NCBI GenBank assembly: GCA_965227515.1
Contig: CBDDFZ010000001.1
Span: forward strand, 4,006,152 to 4,070,151
Direction of reading: 5' to 3'
Length of the DNA stretch: 64,000 nt
DNA from: Alphaproteobacteria bacterium
GTDB lineage: Bacteria > Pseudomonadota > Alphaproteobacteria > CALKHQ01
Shown: in pieces, positions 30,779-41,553 of the stretch
Layout of the letters: the number at the start of each line of letters is the position of its first letter
Numbering within the stretch: the stretch's first letter is position 1
Notes under the pieces: model-generated
Told to the model about the DNA's origin: nothing
The model's input: the letters and a program-made list of their open reading frames with translations, nothing else
Databases searched by the model: none
Made by a program: the position numbers and the translations under genes

Positions 30779-31666
30779 TTAGGTTTTTGCCGATTCGTCC
30801 AGGCGCTGGCGGATGGAAAGCAGGTCGCGCCAGGCGAATCGCTTCTGGATCGCGGAGCGCAGCAGGAAGGCCGGGTGGAACATCGCGATGGTGTCGATGG
30901 CGCGGTCCAGCCCCGGCGGTGTGTAGAGCCGCCACTGGCCGCGCAGGCGCATGATGCCGTCGCTGACGTCCAGCAGCGACTTGGCGGCGGTGCCGCCGGC
31001 CAGCACCAGAACGTCGGGCGATGCCAGCGCGATATGGCGGGCGCAAAACGGCAGGCAGGCCGCAATCTCCGCCGCGGTCGGCTGCCGGTTGCCCGGCGGC
31101 CGCCAAGGCAGGATGTTGGTGATGTAGAGGCTGGACGCCCGGTCAAGCCCGATGCAGGCGAACATCCGGTCCATCAACTGGCCGCTGACGCCGACGAAAG
31201 GCAGGCCCTGGCGGTCCTCATCGGCGCCCGGCGCCTCGCCAACCACCATCACCCGCGCCCCGCGCGTGCCGTCGGCGAACACCGTGTTGGTGGCGGTGTG
31301 CTTCAGGCCGCAGCCTTCGAACGCTTCCACCGCCGCGCGCAGCTCATCCAACGTGTTGGCGGCCGCCGCCATGCGGCGGGCATCGTCGCTGGCCTCCACG
31401 GCGCCGGGCGGCGGTTGCCGCTTCGGCCTGGGCGGGGCCTGCTGCGCCGCTGGCTGCGCGCGTTGCGGCGATTGGCGGGTTCCGGCCGCCGGCGCTGGCG
31501 CCCGCTGCACCACCGGCGGTGCATCCGGCATCACGCTGTTGCCGATGGCCTCGTCGACGCCCATGGCGCGATACCAGTCCAGCACGTCGGCGAACGCGGC
31601 CATCGGATCGAGGCCCGCGCCGGAAACCCCCTCGCCGCCGCCCATGGATTTCGTGCCCGCACTCAT
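30779..31666 (-). CDS. Uracil-DNA glycosylase family 4
   Basis: [27 protein letters not shown]. Start is approximate. Confidence 0.92.
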   Translation of the reverse strand: MSAGTKSMGGGEGVSGAGLDPMAAFADVLDWYRAMGVDEAIGNSVMPDAPPVVQRAPAPAAGTRQSPQRAQPAAQQAPPRPKRQPPPGAVEASDDARRMAAAANTLDELRAAVEAFEGCGLKHTATNTVFADGTRGARVMVVGEAPGADEDRQGLPFVGVSGQLMDRMFACIGLDRASSLYITNILPWRPPGNRQPTAAEIAACLPFCARHIALASPDVLVLAGGTAAKSLLDVSDGIMRLRGQWRLYTPPGLDRAIDTIAMFHPAFLLRSAIQKRFAWRDLLSIRQRLDESAKT

Positions 31667-31715
31667 ACTAGGTTGGTCGCCGTTCGCCAGTTCAAGACCA
31701 TCGAGAGCATACGCC

Positions 31716-33386
31716 ATGAGTGACGCCGAAACCATCGAACGGGAAGCGATGCCCTTCGACGTCGTGATCGTCGGCGCCGGCCCGGCGGGCTTGAGCGCGG
31801 CGATCCGCTTGCGCCAGCTCGCCTCCGAGGCGGGACGCGAATTGAGCGTGTGCGTGGTCGAGAAGGGTGCCGAGGTCGGCGCGCACATCCTGTCCGGCGC
31901 GGTGCTGGAGCCGCGGGCGCTCAACGAGCTGATCCCGGACTGGAAGGAGCGCGGTGCGCCGCTGGACACGCCGGTCACCGGCGACCGCTTCATGTGGCTG
32001 ACCGAGAAGGGCGGCTGGAAGCTGCCGACCCCGCCGCAGGGCCGCAACCACGGCAACTACATCATCAGCCTGGGCAATCTGTGCCGCTGGCTGGCCGAAC
32101 AGGCCGAGGCGCTGGGGGTGGAGATCTTCCCCGGCTTCGCGGCGGCCGAAGTGCTGTTCGACGAGAACGGTGCGGTGGTCGGCGTCGCCACCGGCGACAT
32201 GGGCATCGGCAAGGACGGCGAGAAGACCGCCGGCTACCAGCCGGGCGTGGAATTGCGCGCCCGCCAGACCCTGTTCGCGGAGGGCTGCCGCGGCTCGCTG
32301 AGCCTGCAACTGATGGACCGTTTCGACCTGCGCCGCGACGCCGATCCGCAGACCTATGGCATCGGCATCAAGGAGTTGTGGGAGGTCGATCCCGCCAAGC
32401 ACATCCCCGGCCAGGTCACCCACACCATCGGCTGGCCGCTGAAGAACGACACCTATGGCGGCTCGTTCATGTACCACCTGGAGGGCGGCCAGGTTGCGGT
32501 CGGCTTTGTGGTCGGGCTGGACTACACCAATCCGTATCTCAGCCCGTTCGAGGAGTTCCAGCGCTTCAAGACCCACCCGAAGGTGCGCCCGGTGCTGGAG
32601 GGCGGCCGCCGGGTTGCCTATGGCGCGCGGGCGCTGAACGAGGGCGGGTTCCAGTCGATCCCCGGCCTGGTGTTCCCCGGCGGCGCGCTGATCGGCTGTG
32701 CCGCCGGCTTCATGAACGTGCCCAAGATCAAGGGCACCCACACCGCGATGAAGTCGGCGATGCTGGCGGCCGAGGCCGTGCATGCCGCCCTCGACCCGGC
32801 CAAGGACGGCGCGGAGGACGACACGCCGGTGGCGGCCACCGCCTATCCGGAGGCGCTGAAGGCGAGCTGGGTGTGGGACGAGCTGAAGCGCGTCCGCAAC
32901 ATCCGGCCCGGCTTCCGCAAGGGGCTGATCCGCGGCCTGATCAACGCCGCCATCGACACGTATTTCTGGCGCGGCAAGGCGCCCTGGACCTCCAGCAACC
33001 ATGCCGACCACACGCAACTGAAGCCGGCCGCGAACGCCCAGCCGATCGACTACCCGAAGCCGGACGGCAAGATCAGCTTCGACCGGCTGTCGTCGGTGTT
33101 CCTGTCCAACACCAACCACGAGGAAAACCAGCCGGCGCACTTGCAGCTACGCAATCCGGCGGTCGCCATCGACGTCAACCTGGCCGCCTATGACGCGCCG
33201 GAGCAGCGTTATTGCCCGGCCGGCGTCTACGAGATCGTGCGCGACGGTCCGGACGACCAACCCCGGCTGCAGATCAACGCGCAGAACTGCGTGCACTGCA
33301 AGACGTGCGATATCAAGGACCCGACCCAGAACATTCGCTGGGTGGTGCCTGAGGGCGGCGGCGGCCCGGTCTATCCGAACATGTGA
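31716..33386 (+). CDS. Electron transfer flavoprotein-ubiquinone oxidoreductase
   Basis: [45 protein letters not shown] (4Fe-4S). Confidence 0.96.
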   Translation: MSDAETIEREAMPFDVVIVGAGPAGLSAAIRLRQLASEAGRELSVCVVEKGAEVGAHILSGAVLEPRALNELIPDWKERGAPLDTPVTGDRFMWLTEKGGWKLPTPPQGRNHGNYIISLGNLCRWLAEQAEALGVEIFPGFAAAEVLFDENGAVVGVATGDMGIGKDGEKTAGYQPGVELRARQTLFAEGCRGSLSLQLMDRFDLRRDADPQTYGIGIKELWEVDPAKHIPGQVTHTIGWPLKNDTYGGSFMYHLEGGQVAVGFVVGLDYTNPYLSPFEEFQRFKTHPKVRPVLEGGRRVAYGARALNEGGFQSIPGLVFPGGALIGCAAGFMNVPKIKGTHTAMKSAMLAAEAVHAALDPAKDGAEDDTPVAATAYPEALKASWVWDELKRVRNIRPGFRKGLIRGLINAAIDTYFWRGKAPWTSSNHADHTQLKPAANAQPIDYPKPDGKISFDRLSSVFLSNTNHEENQPAHLQLRNPAVAIDVNLAAYDAPEQRYCPAGVYEIVRDGPDDQPRLQINAQNCVHCKTCDIKDPTQNIRWVVPEGGGGPVYPNM

Positions 33387-33389
33387 CGC

Positions 33390-33770
33390 CTACTCCGGCG
33401 TCGCCGCGCGGCTCCCCTCGAAGTCCAGCCGGTCGACGATCAGTCCGTGAAAAGGCCCGCCCTCGCCCCGATAGCGCCAACCGAGATGCGATCGGCAATC
33501 GTGGCAGACGGCGACCGCCCATTCGGTGCCGGCGAACCAGGTTGCTTCGCCGACATAGGGTCCGACGGCGCCGGCGCCTGGCGCGTGGCGGAAGCAGCCG
33601 ATCTCGAAGGCGATGCCGGCCGGGTTCACGAAGCTGTGCCGGTGTGCGCCGGCAATCGTGATCGCCCACCCTCGACGGGTCACCGGAACGCCGCAATTGG
33701 CGCAGAAGATGGTGTCGTCATCGGGTGGCGCCGCCACCTCCAGCTCGACGTCCGGGCTCAATTTCAGCAT
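33390..33770 (-). CDS. Cereblon-like (CULT domain) protein
   Basis: CANC...HSFVNPAG...TWFAGTEW...CHDC..HLGWRY: two CxxC motifs plus the three Trp of the binding cage. Confidence 0.88.
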   Translation of the reverse strand: MLKLSPDVELEVAAPPDDDTIFCANCGVPVTRRGWAITIAGAHRHSFVNPAGIAFEIGCFRHAPGAGAVGPYVGEATWFAGTEWAVAVCHDCRSHLGWRYRGEGGPFHGLIVDRLDFEGSRAATPE

Positions 33771-34022
33771 GGCAATCCTGCCTTTGACCCTATCTTATCC
33801 CATTGACCGTATGTCATGGCGGGTCGGAAATCGGTGTCGCGACGATGCGTGCGGCATCCAATGGCTAGGTTTGTGGTGTACCGGCAAGGCATTGGCGTGA
33901 GGTGCCTATGGGCTGGCATGGCGCAGATGTGCCGCGTAGACTGCGCCGCCTTGCCCCAGACAGCTGGGCCCCAGACGGCTGGCGGCGCGCAGTGCGACGA
34001 CAACAAGTACGATAGAGGTCTG

Positions 34023-35798
34023 ATGTCCATGTTCGGACGGAAACGACAATCAAAGCCGGAGCAACCTAGCCACCGCGCGACGGTGCTGGCGACCACGCTG
34101 GCCTGCGTGCTGGCCGCGCCATTTGCGGGCACGTCCAATGCGGCGGACGCCGAAGCGGCCGACTACATCGATTCGCGCAGCCTGTCCGGCAGCTATCTGG
34201 CCGGCCGCCATGCCGAGCGGGTCAGCGACTACCTGGCTGCGGTGCACTTCCTGGAAGAGACCTACGCGCGCGATCCGGCCAACATGGATATCGCCCGCCA
34301 ACTGTTCCTGCTGCTGGTCGCCGAAGGGCGCATCGACGAAGCGCTCGAGCTGGCGCCGACGGTGCGCGACGCGGTCGCGGGCGAGCCCCTGCCGGTGCTG
34401 GTGGAAGTGCTGAAAGCGCTTGGCGCGGGCGACTACCAGACCGTCGTCACCACCGTCACCAATGACGAAACCATCGGCCTGAACGAGATTACCCTGCCCA
34501 TCATCGAGGCCTGGGCGCTGGCCGCCATGGGCCAGGGCGAGGAGGCGCTGGTCGCCATCGACGAGGCCAATGCCGCGTTCGATATCGGCACCGTCCACAT
34601 CCTGCAGCGCGCCATGATCATGGAATATCTGGGCGATGTGGAAGGTGCGGCAACCGCATATCAGGAGGCGCTGACCACGTCGGCCACGCCGCCGTTCGCC
34701 CTGCTCCATGCCGTTGCCAGCTATTACCGGCGTGCCGGCCGGCCCGAGGATGCGCGCGCGGTCTACGAGGACTATGCCCAGTCGCCGTCGGGCGTGCGCA
34801 TGTCAGCGCCGGAGCTGCGGGCCATCGACGATCCGGAGGCCCCGCTGCCGCCGGCACCGCAGCCTGAATCCGCCGTCTCCGACCTGCTGTTCAGCATCGC
34901 CAGCTCGCTGGACCAGGAAGGCAACGAGGTGTTCGGCTACGTCTATGCCCGCCTGGCGCAATACCTCAACGCGGAGAACGACCTGGCGTTGTCGCTGATC
35001 GCCCAGGTGCTGGAGTCCCAGGGCCGCCACGAAGCGTCGATCGCGGTCTGGGAAGACATCCCTCTGGACTCCACCATGGGCGTCACCGCCCTGCTGGCAA
35101 AGGCGGACACGCTGCACCTGATGGGCCGTACAGACGAGGCGATTGCCAGCCTGGAGGAGATGGCCGCCGCCTACCCGCAAGACTTCGCGCCCTATGCCGC
35201 CATCGGCAACTACCTGCGCAGCCAGGAGGATTTCCAGGGCGCCGTTGTGGCCTATGACCAGGCATTCGAGCGCATCCCGGAAGTCGGCGAGGAACATTGG
35301 ACGATGCTGTACTACCGCGGCATCGCGCTGGAACGCTCCGACATGTGGGACCGTGCGGAGCAGGACTTCCTGCGCGCGCTGGACTTCGCGCCGGACCAGC
35401 CGTTCGTCCTGAACTACCTCGGCTATTCGTGGGTCGAGCAGGGCGTCAACCTGGACGAGGCCCGCACCATGATCGAGTCCGCGGTCGAACAGCGGCCGCG
35501 CGACGGCTTCATCGTCGACAGCCTGGGGTGGGTGCTCTACCGCCTCGGCTTCTATGAGGAGGCGGTGCCGCAGTTGGAGCGCGCCGTGGAGTTGCAGCCG
35601 GGCGACCCGGTGATCAACGACCATCTGGGCGATGCGCTATGGCGTGTCGGCCGGCGGATGGAAGCGCGGTTCCAGTGGCAGCGCGCCGCCGAGTTGGAGC
35701 CCGACGAAGAGCTGGCCGCCACCATCGCCGACAAGCTGCAGAACGGCCTCGACACCGATACCGACACCGACACTGACACCGACTCTGCGGCCGACTGA
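34023..35798 (+). CDS. Exported TPR protein
   Basis: SGSYLAGRHA, VLNYLGYSW, IVDSLGWV, NDHLGDALW..GR..EARFQW; usual position upstream of ispE. Confidence 0.9.
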   Translation: MSMFGRKRQSKPEQPSHRATVLATTLACVLAAPFAGTSNAADAEAADYIDSRSLSGSYLAGRHAERVSDYLAAVHFLEETYARDPANMDIARQLFLLLVAEGRIDEALELAPTVRDAVAGEPLPVLVEVLKALGAGDYQTVVTTVTNDETIGLNEITLPIIEAWALAAMGQGEEALVAIDEANAAFDIGTVHILQRAMIMEYLGDVEGAATAYQEALTTSATPPFALLHAVASYYRRAGRPEDARAVYEDYAQSPSGVRMSAPELRAIDDPEAPLPPAPQPESAVSDLLFSIASSLDQEGNEVFGYVYARLAQYLNAENDLALSLIAQVLESQGRHEASIAVWEDIPLDSTMGVTALLAKADTLHLMGRTDEAIASLEEMAAAYPQDFAPYAAIGNYLRSQEDFQGAVVAYDQAFERIPEVGEEHWTMLYYRGIALERSDMWDRAEQDFLRALDFAPDQPFVLNYLGYSWVEQGVNLDEARTMIESAVEQRPRDGFIVDSLGWVLYRLGFYEEAVPQLERAVELQPGDPVINDHLGDALWRVGRRMEARFQWQRAAELEPDEELAATIADKLQNGLDTDTDTDTDTDSAAD

Positions 35799-35820
35799 TC
35801 CCGGTCGCGGACCCGGCGCG

Positions 35821-36714
35821 ATGGCCGCCAGTCTGGCGCCGGCCAAGGTCAATCTGTGCCTGCATATGACAGGCATTCGTGCTGACGGCTATCACCTGCT
35901 TGACGGGCTTGTGGCCTTCACCGACTTCGGCGACCGAGTGAGCGTGCACGCCTCGGATGACTGTGCATTGACACTCGCGGGACCGATGGCGCCCGCCATC
36001 GCCGCCGAGCCCGCCGAGACCAACCTCGCCATGGTTGCCGCGCGCCGGTTCGCGGCGGCCTTCGACGCCCTGCCGGTCCACATCACACTCGACAAGCATA
36101 TCCCTGTCGCCGCCGGGCTGGGCGGTGGCGCGGCCGATGCCGCCGCCGTGTTGCGGCTGTTGGCCGAAGCGCACGGCGTCTCGCTGGACGATCCGGCGCT
36201 GACCGCGCTGGCGCTGGAGATCGGCGCCGACGTGCCGGTGTGCCTGGGCGGCACTGCCGCGCGCATGCAGGGCATAGGCGAAATCCTGTCGCCGCTGCCG
36301 CCGCTGCCCGACCTCGCGGTCGTGCTGGTGAACCCAAGGGTCGCGGTGTCGAGCGGCGCGGTGTTCAAGGCCTACGACAAGGCGCCTGTCGATGCGGACG
36401 CCGGCCAACTCGCCCAGGCCGTGAGCCGGGCCGCCGGTGGGTGCAACGATGCGAAGGCCTTCATCGCCGCCCTGGCCGATACGTCCAACCACCTGACAGC
36501 CGCCGCCGAGGCCATCGCACCCGAGATCCGAGACGTGCTGGCTGCCCTGTCCGGCGCGGCCGGCTGCGGACTTGCCCGCATGTCCGGCAGTGGCGCCACC
36601 TGCTTCGGGCTGTTCGCGAACCGGTCCGACGCGCAGCAAGCCGAAACGGACATCGCCGCCCGTTGCCCGACTTGGTGGACCATGGCGACACGACTGCGCC
36701 GGAGCGGGCCATGA
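35821..36714 (+). CDS. ispE: 4-diphosphocytidyl-2-C-methyl-D-erythritol kinase
   Basis: APAKVNL, IPVAAGLGGG, GADVP, RMSGSGATCF. Confidence 0.94.
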   Translation: MAASLAPAKVNLCLHMTGIRADGYHLLDGLVAFTDFGDRVSVHASDDCALTLAGPMAPAIAAEPAETNLAMVAARRFAAAFDALPVHITLDKHIPVAAGLGGGAADAAAVLRLLAEAHGVSLDDPALTALALEIGADVPVCLGGTAARMQGIGEILSPLPPLPDLAVVLVNPRVAVSSGAVFKAYDKAPVDADAGQLAQAVSRAAGGCNDAKAFIAALADTSNHLTAAAEAIAPEIRDVLAALSGAAGCGLARMSGSGATCFGLFANRSDAQQAETDIAARCPTWWTMATRLRRSGP

Positions 36715-37928
36715 ATTTCGCCCTGTCCGCGGACCAGGCGCGCAACATCGTCCTCAGGCTGCAAGGCCTGGCGGAGTCGCCGCGACGCACGCTCGACAGC
36801 GACGGGCTGCATGCGCTGATCGACACGATGGGTTTCGTGCAGCTCGACAGCATCAACACGGTCGCCCGCGCCCATCACATGATCCTGCGCAGCCGCGTCG
36901 ACGGCTATCGCCCGGCCCACCTGACCCGCCTGCTGGAGCGCGAGCGGCGGCTGTTCGAGAACTGGACCCACGACGCCTCGGTCATACCGACCGCATTCTT
37001 CCGGCACTGGCGCCGGCGCTTCCTGCGCGACCTGCCGCGCATGACCGACAGGTACAACAACTGGCACGGCGACGAATTTCACCGACGTCTGGATGCCGTG
37101 CTGGGGCGCATCGCCGATGAAGGCCCGCTGATGGCGAAGGACTTCGGCGAGGGCCGGCAGAAGCCGTCCGGCGGCTGGTGGAACTGGCACGAGGACAAGA
37201 TCGCGCTGGAGTTCCTGTGGCGCACGGGTCGGCTATCCGTTGCCGGCCGGCAAGGCTTCCAGAAGGTCTACGACCTGACCGAGCGGGTGGTGCCCGACCT
37301 GCACGCGCACGAGCCATCGGAGCCGGAGGACTATGTCGACTGGGCCTGCCGCAGCGCGCTGGAGCGTCTGGGCTTCGGCGCGCCGGGCGATATCGCGCGG
37401 TTCTGGGACTTGGTGAGTGTCGATGAGGCCAAGGCCTGGTGCGAAGGCGCCTTGGCCAGAGGCGACGCACTGCCGGTGACTGTGGCCGCCGCGGACGGCA
37501 GCCCGCCGCGCAAGATGGTGGCGCGGCCGGATATCGAGGCGCTGGCATCCGATATGGCCGAATTGCCGGATCGCATGCGCACCTTGAGCCCGTTCGACCC
37601 GTTGATCCGCGACCGCAAGCGCCTGGAACGGCTGTTCGGCTTCGACTACAGGATCGAGGTATTCGTGCCCGCAGAAAAGCGGCGCTACGGTTATTACGTG
37701 TTCCCGCTGATGGAGCGCGACCGCATGATCGGGCGGGTCGACATGACCGCCAATCGCGACCGCGACGCATTGATGGTGACGGCGCTGTGGCCGGAGCCGG
37801 GCGTGAAGCTCGGCAAGGGGCGGCTGGCGCGCCTGCACGCCGAGTTTGAGCGCCTGCGCCGCTTCGCCAAGGTAGGCACCATCGAGATCGCCGACGACTG
37901 GCTGCGCGCGCCCCTGCCGCCCGGCTAA
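36711..37928 (+). CDS. YcaQ/AlkZ-like winged-helix DNA glycosylase (HTH_42)
   Basis: VQLDSIN (QxD), E.WTHDAS, LSPFDPL, RRYGYYV. Confidence 0.85.
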   Translation: MNFALSADQARNIVLRLQGLAESPRRTLDSDGLHALIDTMGFVQLDSINTVARAHHMILRSRVDGYRPAHLTRLLERERRLFENWTHDASVIPTAFFRHWRRRFLRDLPRMTDRYNNWHGDEFHRRLDAVLGRIADEGPLMAKDFGEGRQKPSGGWWNWHEDKIALEFLWRTGRLSVAGRQGFQKVYDLTERVVPDLHAHEPSEPEDYVDWACRSALERLGFGAPGDIARFWDLVSVDEAKAWCEGALARGDALPVTVAAADGSPPRKMVARPDIEALASDMAELPDRMRTLSPFDPLIRDRKRLERLFGFDYRIEVFVPAEKRRYGYYVFPLMERDRMIGRVDMTANRDRDALMVTALWPEPGVKLGKGRLARLHAEFERLRRFAKVGTIEIADDWLRAPLPPG

Positions 37929-37933
37929 CGCAC

Positions 37934-39652
37934 TCAGTCGGGCAGACCGGCGAGCCGGTAGCCCTCAAGCACGTGATCCAGGTCCGCGCGATGGCGGAAT
38001 GGCTGTGTACGCGCCCAGGCCGCCGCGGAGAAATCCGGGAACGCGGTCAGGAACCGGGCCATCGTCGCCCGCGCCTCGTCCAGGCGACCGAGCTGCGCAT
38101 ATGCCGCCGCCAGCACCCGCAAGGGCTCCGCGATGTCCTCCAGCGTGCCCAGCTCATGCACGACGCTGTCGTAGTCGCGCACGCAATAGAGCGCGAAGCC
38201 CAGGTGCCAGCGGTACCATTCGGGATAGTGCGGATTCAGCCGCATGGCCGTGCGCACGCTCTCCACGCCCTTCTCGGCCTGCCCGTCGAACGTGTAGGCG
38301 TCCTGTATCAGGCAGTGCGCGTCAGCCTCGTTCGGGTTCAGCTCCAGCGAACGGTGCAGCGACTGCAGCGCGATGGCGCGGCGGCCCGCGTAAAGGCTGA
38401 CCATACCGAGCGCCATGTGAGCGAGCGCGTTGTCCGGCCCGGTGGAGAGTGCCGTGTCGGCGGCGGCAAACCCTGCCGCCAGGCTCTCGCGCTCGGGCTC
38501 GCGGTGATAGAGGAACCAGTCGGTGTAGTAGTAGACCGCAAGCCAGGCATGGGCGTCGGAGAGGCCTGGGTCCAGCGCAATCGCCTGTTCCAGGTCGCGC
38601 CTGACCTCGCCCCTGCCCTGAACGCGCAAGATGTTCTGGCGCCCACGCATGACCAGCTCATAGGCAGCAAGGTTGCGCGGATGCTGGGTCTGCGGCGGCG
38701 TCAGTTCGGGCCGACCCAGCGCGTCGGCCAGCGCCTCGGCGATGTGGCGCACCACATCGTCCTGCAGCGCGAATATGTCGTCGACGTCCCGGTCGTAGCG
38801 CTGCGCCCACAGATGCGCGCCGTCGCGGGTATCGATGAGCTGAGCGGTCACCCGAACCCGATCGCCGGCGCGGCGCACACTTCCCTCGACCAGATGACCG
38901 ACGCCCAGTTCCGCACCGATCCGCCGGACGTCCAGCGCGCGGCCCTTGTAGGCGAAGCTGGAATGGCGCGCGATCACGGTCAGTCCGGGCACGTGGGCCA
39001 GCTCAGTGATCAGGTCCTCGGTGATGCCGTCGCAGAAGAACGCCTGGCCGGGATCGCCGCTCATATCGTCGAACGGCAGGACGGCGATGGACGGGCCTTC
39101 GTTCGCAGCGGCTCGGTCGCCCTGCCCCGATTGGTCTCCGCGCACCTGCAGCTTGCCGGTCCACTGCCATACCCGCACAGGCCGGTCGATGTTCTTCAGT
39201 GCCGGTTCGCCCATGTCGGCGAACACGGCCTCGACCCGCCCGCTGACGTTCTGGTGCACGGCATCGGCGATACAGACGCCGCCTGGCTCGGCCAACGCCT
39301 CCAGCCGCGCGGCGATGTTGACGCCCTCGCCGTGGATGTCGCTGTCCTCGATGACGACGTCGCCCAGATTAATGCCGATGCGAAACGCCAACGGTGTCCC
39401 GTCATCATGCCCGTCCAGTCCGCTCTGCCAAGCGATGGCGGCGCGCACGGCATCGACGGCGCTGGCGAACTCGACCAGGATTCCGTCGCCCATCAGCTTG
39501 ACGATGCGTCCACGGTGCGCGGCAAGCAGTGGCTCGATGAAACCGGTGCGCACGGACTTCACCGCCGCCAGCGTCCCCGCCTCGTCCTGCCCGACGAGGC
39601 GCGCATAGCCGACGATGTCCGCCGCCAATATGGCTGCCAGCCTGCGTTCCAC
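37934..39652 (-). CDS. Adenylate/guanylate cyclase with TolB-like and TPR domains
   Basis: RRLAAILAADIVGY, KLMGDG, GVNIAARLE, SIAVLPF, C-terminal TPR. Confidence 0.9.
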   Translation of the reverse strand: MERRLAAILAADIVGYARLVGQDEAGTLAAVKSVRTGFIEPLLAAHRGRIVKLMGDGILVEFASAVDAVRAAIAWQSGLDGHDDGTPLAFRIGINLGDVVIEDSDIHGEGVNIAARLEALAEPGGVCIADAVHQNVSGRVEAVFADMGEPALKNIDRPVRVWQWTGKLQVRGDQSGQGDRAAANEGPSIAVLPFDDMSGDPGQAFFCDGITEDLITELAHVPGLTVIARHSSFAYKGRALDVRRIGAELGVGHLVEGSVRRAGDRVRVTAQLIDTRDGAHLWAQRYDRDVDDIFALQDDVVRHIAEALADALGRPELTPPQTQHPRNLAAYELVMRGRQNILRVQGRGEVRRDLEQAIALDPGLSDAHAWLAVYYYTDWFLYHREPERESLAAGFAAADTALSTGPDNALAHMALGMVSLYAGRRAIALQSLHRSLELNPNEADAHCLIQDAYTFDGQAEKGVESVRTAMRLNPHYPEWYRWHLGFALYCVRDYDSVVHELGTLEDIAEPLRVLAAAYAQLGRLDEARATMARFLTAFPDFSAAAWARTQPFRHRADLDHVLEGYRLAGLPD

Positions 39653-39824
39653 TCAAAGCCCCCACGTCGCGCCACGCGCTGCCCGCGCCGACTATAGCGC
39701 ATCCGGTCCGCCATCATGACCGGGCTGTTTCTCAACCCTTCGCCGATTGCGCGCCCGCGGTGCCGGCCGCTATCATCGCCGCAACGCGGCACGGACGTCG
39801 TGCCTTTGGGGAGGGGAACGACAC

Positions 39825-40967
39825 ATGGCATTGCTCACGGCAAGTCTCGGCTATCCTGGCATCGGCATGGCCGACGCGGTGCGGCGATACCGCGATGGCG
39901 CGCTCAGCGCCTGGGGCCTTTACGAGGCCGGCAAGCAGGTGCGCGGCGCGGCATGGGCAACCCAGCGTGCCGCGGGCATCGACATCATCCCCTCCGGCGA
40001 TATCGTCTACACCGACCAGGCGCTGGCCACGGCGATCATCGTCGGTGCCGTCCCGGCGCGCTTCGGAGATGACATCGGGCGGGTGACCCTGGACGAAGAG
40101 TTCGCGATGGCCGACGGGCCGGCGGCGCTGGGTCGTGGCCTATGGTTCGGCACCGGCGTCGAATATGCGGTGCCGGAGTTCGGCGACGATTGCCGCTGGC
40201 GGCTGGGCAGCGCTTGTCCGGTAGCCGATCAGTTGGAGGCGATCTCGGCCGGCGTCGACCCCCGCCCGGTCATGGTCGGCCCGATCAGCCTGATGGCGGC
40301 GGCTGGCGCGAACGCTGCCGCCTATGTCGACAAGCTGCAGCCGGCCTACACCGAGGTGGTGGCCCAGCTTGGCCGCCATGGCGCGTCGTGGGTGCAATTG
40401 GAGGAGCCGGCGTTGGCCCAAGGTGCGGATGGGGCGCTGCTCGACGCCGCTGCCGACATCTACACGGCGATCAAGGCCGCCGCACCTGACGTCAAACTGA
40501 TGCTGGTCACGTGGGGTGGCGCCGTGACGGACAAGGTGGAGATGCTGGCCGGTCTGCCGATCGACGGGCTGCACGTCGATCTGGTGGCCTCGCCGGACCA
40601 GGCCGACCGCGTGGCCGACGGATGGCCCGCCAGCCGCGTCTTGTCGGCCGGCGTTCTGGACGCCCTGTCGCCCGGGCGTGTCGACCTCGCAGCGGCCGCC
40701 GATCGCATCTCGGCCCTCGTGCGGGCGCGCGGCGAGGATGGCGTGCAGGTCGCGCCGTCGCTGCCGCTGAGGTTCGCGCCAGTGACGCCGGAACGCGCCA
40801 TCCTGTCGGAGGCGCCCAATGTGGCCACCGCCGCGGTCAAGCTGCGTGGGCTGCGCAAGATCGCGAACCTCGTCGGCGGCGTGGAAGCCGCCACGGCGCT
40901 TGGTCCGCTGCCGGACCGGCGCGATCTCGCCATCGGCAATCTGCGCGACGCGGTCGGCTTCGGCTGA
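39825..40967 (+). CDS. Stand-alone MetE N-terminal-barrel-like protein (no catalytic C-terminal half)
   Basis: LGYPGIG, AGIDIIPSGD, WVQLEEPAL, GLHVDLV, LSAGVLD align by eye to MetE residues ~1-370; the ORF stops after 380 aa. Confidence 0.75.
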   Translation: MALLTASLGYPGIGMADAVRRYRDGALSAWGLYEAGKQVRGAAWATQRAAGIDIIPSGDIVYTDQALATAIIVGAVPARFGDDIGRVTLDEEFAMADGPAALGRGLWFGTGVEYAVPEFGDDCRWRLGSACPVADQLEAISAGVDPRPVMVGPISLMAAAGANAAAYVDKLQPAYTEVVAQLGRHGASWVQLEEPALAQGADGALLDAAADIYTAIKAAAPDVKLMLVTWGGAVTDKVEMLAGLPIDGLHVDLVASPDQADRVADGWPASRVLSAGVLDALSPGRVDLAAAADRISALVRARGEDGVQVAPSLPLRFAPVTPERAILSEAPNVATAAVKLRGLRKIANLVGGVEAATALGPLPDRRDLAIGNLRDAVGFG

Positions 40968-41000
40968 GCCGCCGCGTCACGAAATCGGTCGTGGTTTTGG

Positions 41001-41138
41001 TCAGCTTACGCTGAAGTCTGCGCCAGCCCTCTTCCATTTCCATGCGGTCGCGCATCCGCGCTCCCTTTTGGCACCCGACCGCCCACGACAGTTTGCCTGC
41101 TGGGGGGCCGGGTGGCGGAGAGGGCCGGTGCCGGCCTA
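41001..41138 (-). repeat. ~130-bp palindromic dispersed repeat (inverted copy with internal insertion)
   Basis: TCAGCTTACGCTGAAGTCTGCGCCAGCCC is the reverse complement of the ends of the copies at 47.3 and 51.3 kb. Confidence 0.7.
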
Positions 41139-41154
41139 ATGGCTATTTGCTGGC

Positions 41155-41352
41155 TCAGTAGGCTTCGCCGGCGAAGTCCAGTTCGCTGCCACCGAAATGG
41201 CTGTCGGCGGAAAAGTCGCTGACGAAAGACTCGTAGTCGGTCTCGAACGGCGCCTGGTCGACATCGTCGAACGGACCCTCGGCATTCCACTCGTCGAAGT
41301 CCTGGTCCAGAACGATATCGTCGAAGTTGTCGGCGGCCATCTGCGGTTCCAT
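41155..41352 (-). CDS. Small very acidic hypothetical protein (65 aa)
   Basis: GGAGG RBS; GC3-rich codons; 20 D/E and no K/R. Confidence 0.65.
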   Translation of the reverse strand: MEPQMAADNFDDIVLDQDFDEWNAEGPFDDVDQAPFETDYESFVSDFSADSHFGGSELDFAGEAY

Positions 41353-41553
41353 GGTGTCCCTCCGGAACATGCGTTACGTTGAGCGGGATTTGGCCGGCGT
41401 TCGTGACTCATGCTGGGTTTCTTGGAGACGATTTGGCGGCGAGATGGGGCGAATTCCGGCAGAATGTGACGAAGTGAGACGCCAGCCGGGGCAACAATGC
41501 GGCTGCCCGCCCCTGGCCCGTGCACTCTTGCACCGCTCCGGCAGGATCCTGCG

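Noticed and set aside
35751-35786. GACACC hexamer run at the end of the TPR gene
   Set aside because: Short, imperfect and in frame (Asp-Thr tail); it cannot phase-shift the gene.
39653-39824. SAM or cobalamin riboswitch upstream of the MetE-like gene
   Set aside because: No recognisable conserved riboswitch motif by eye in this short region.
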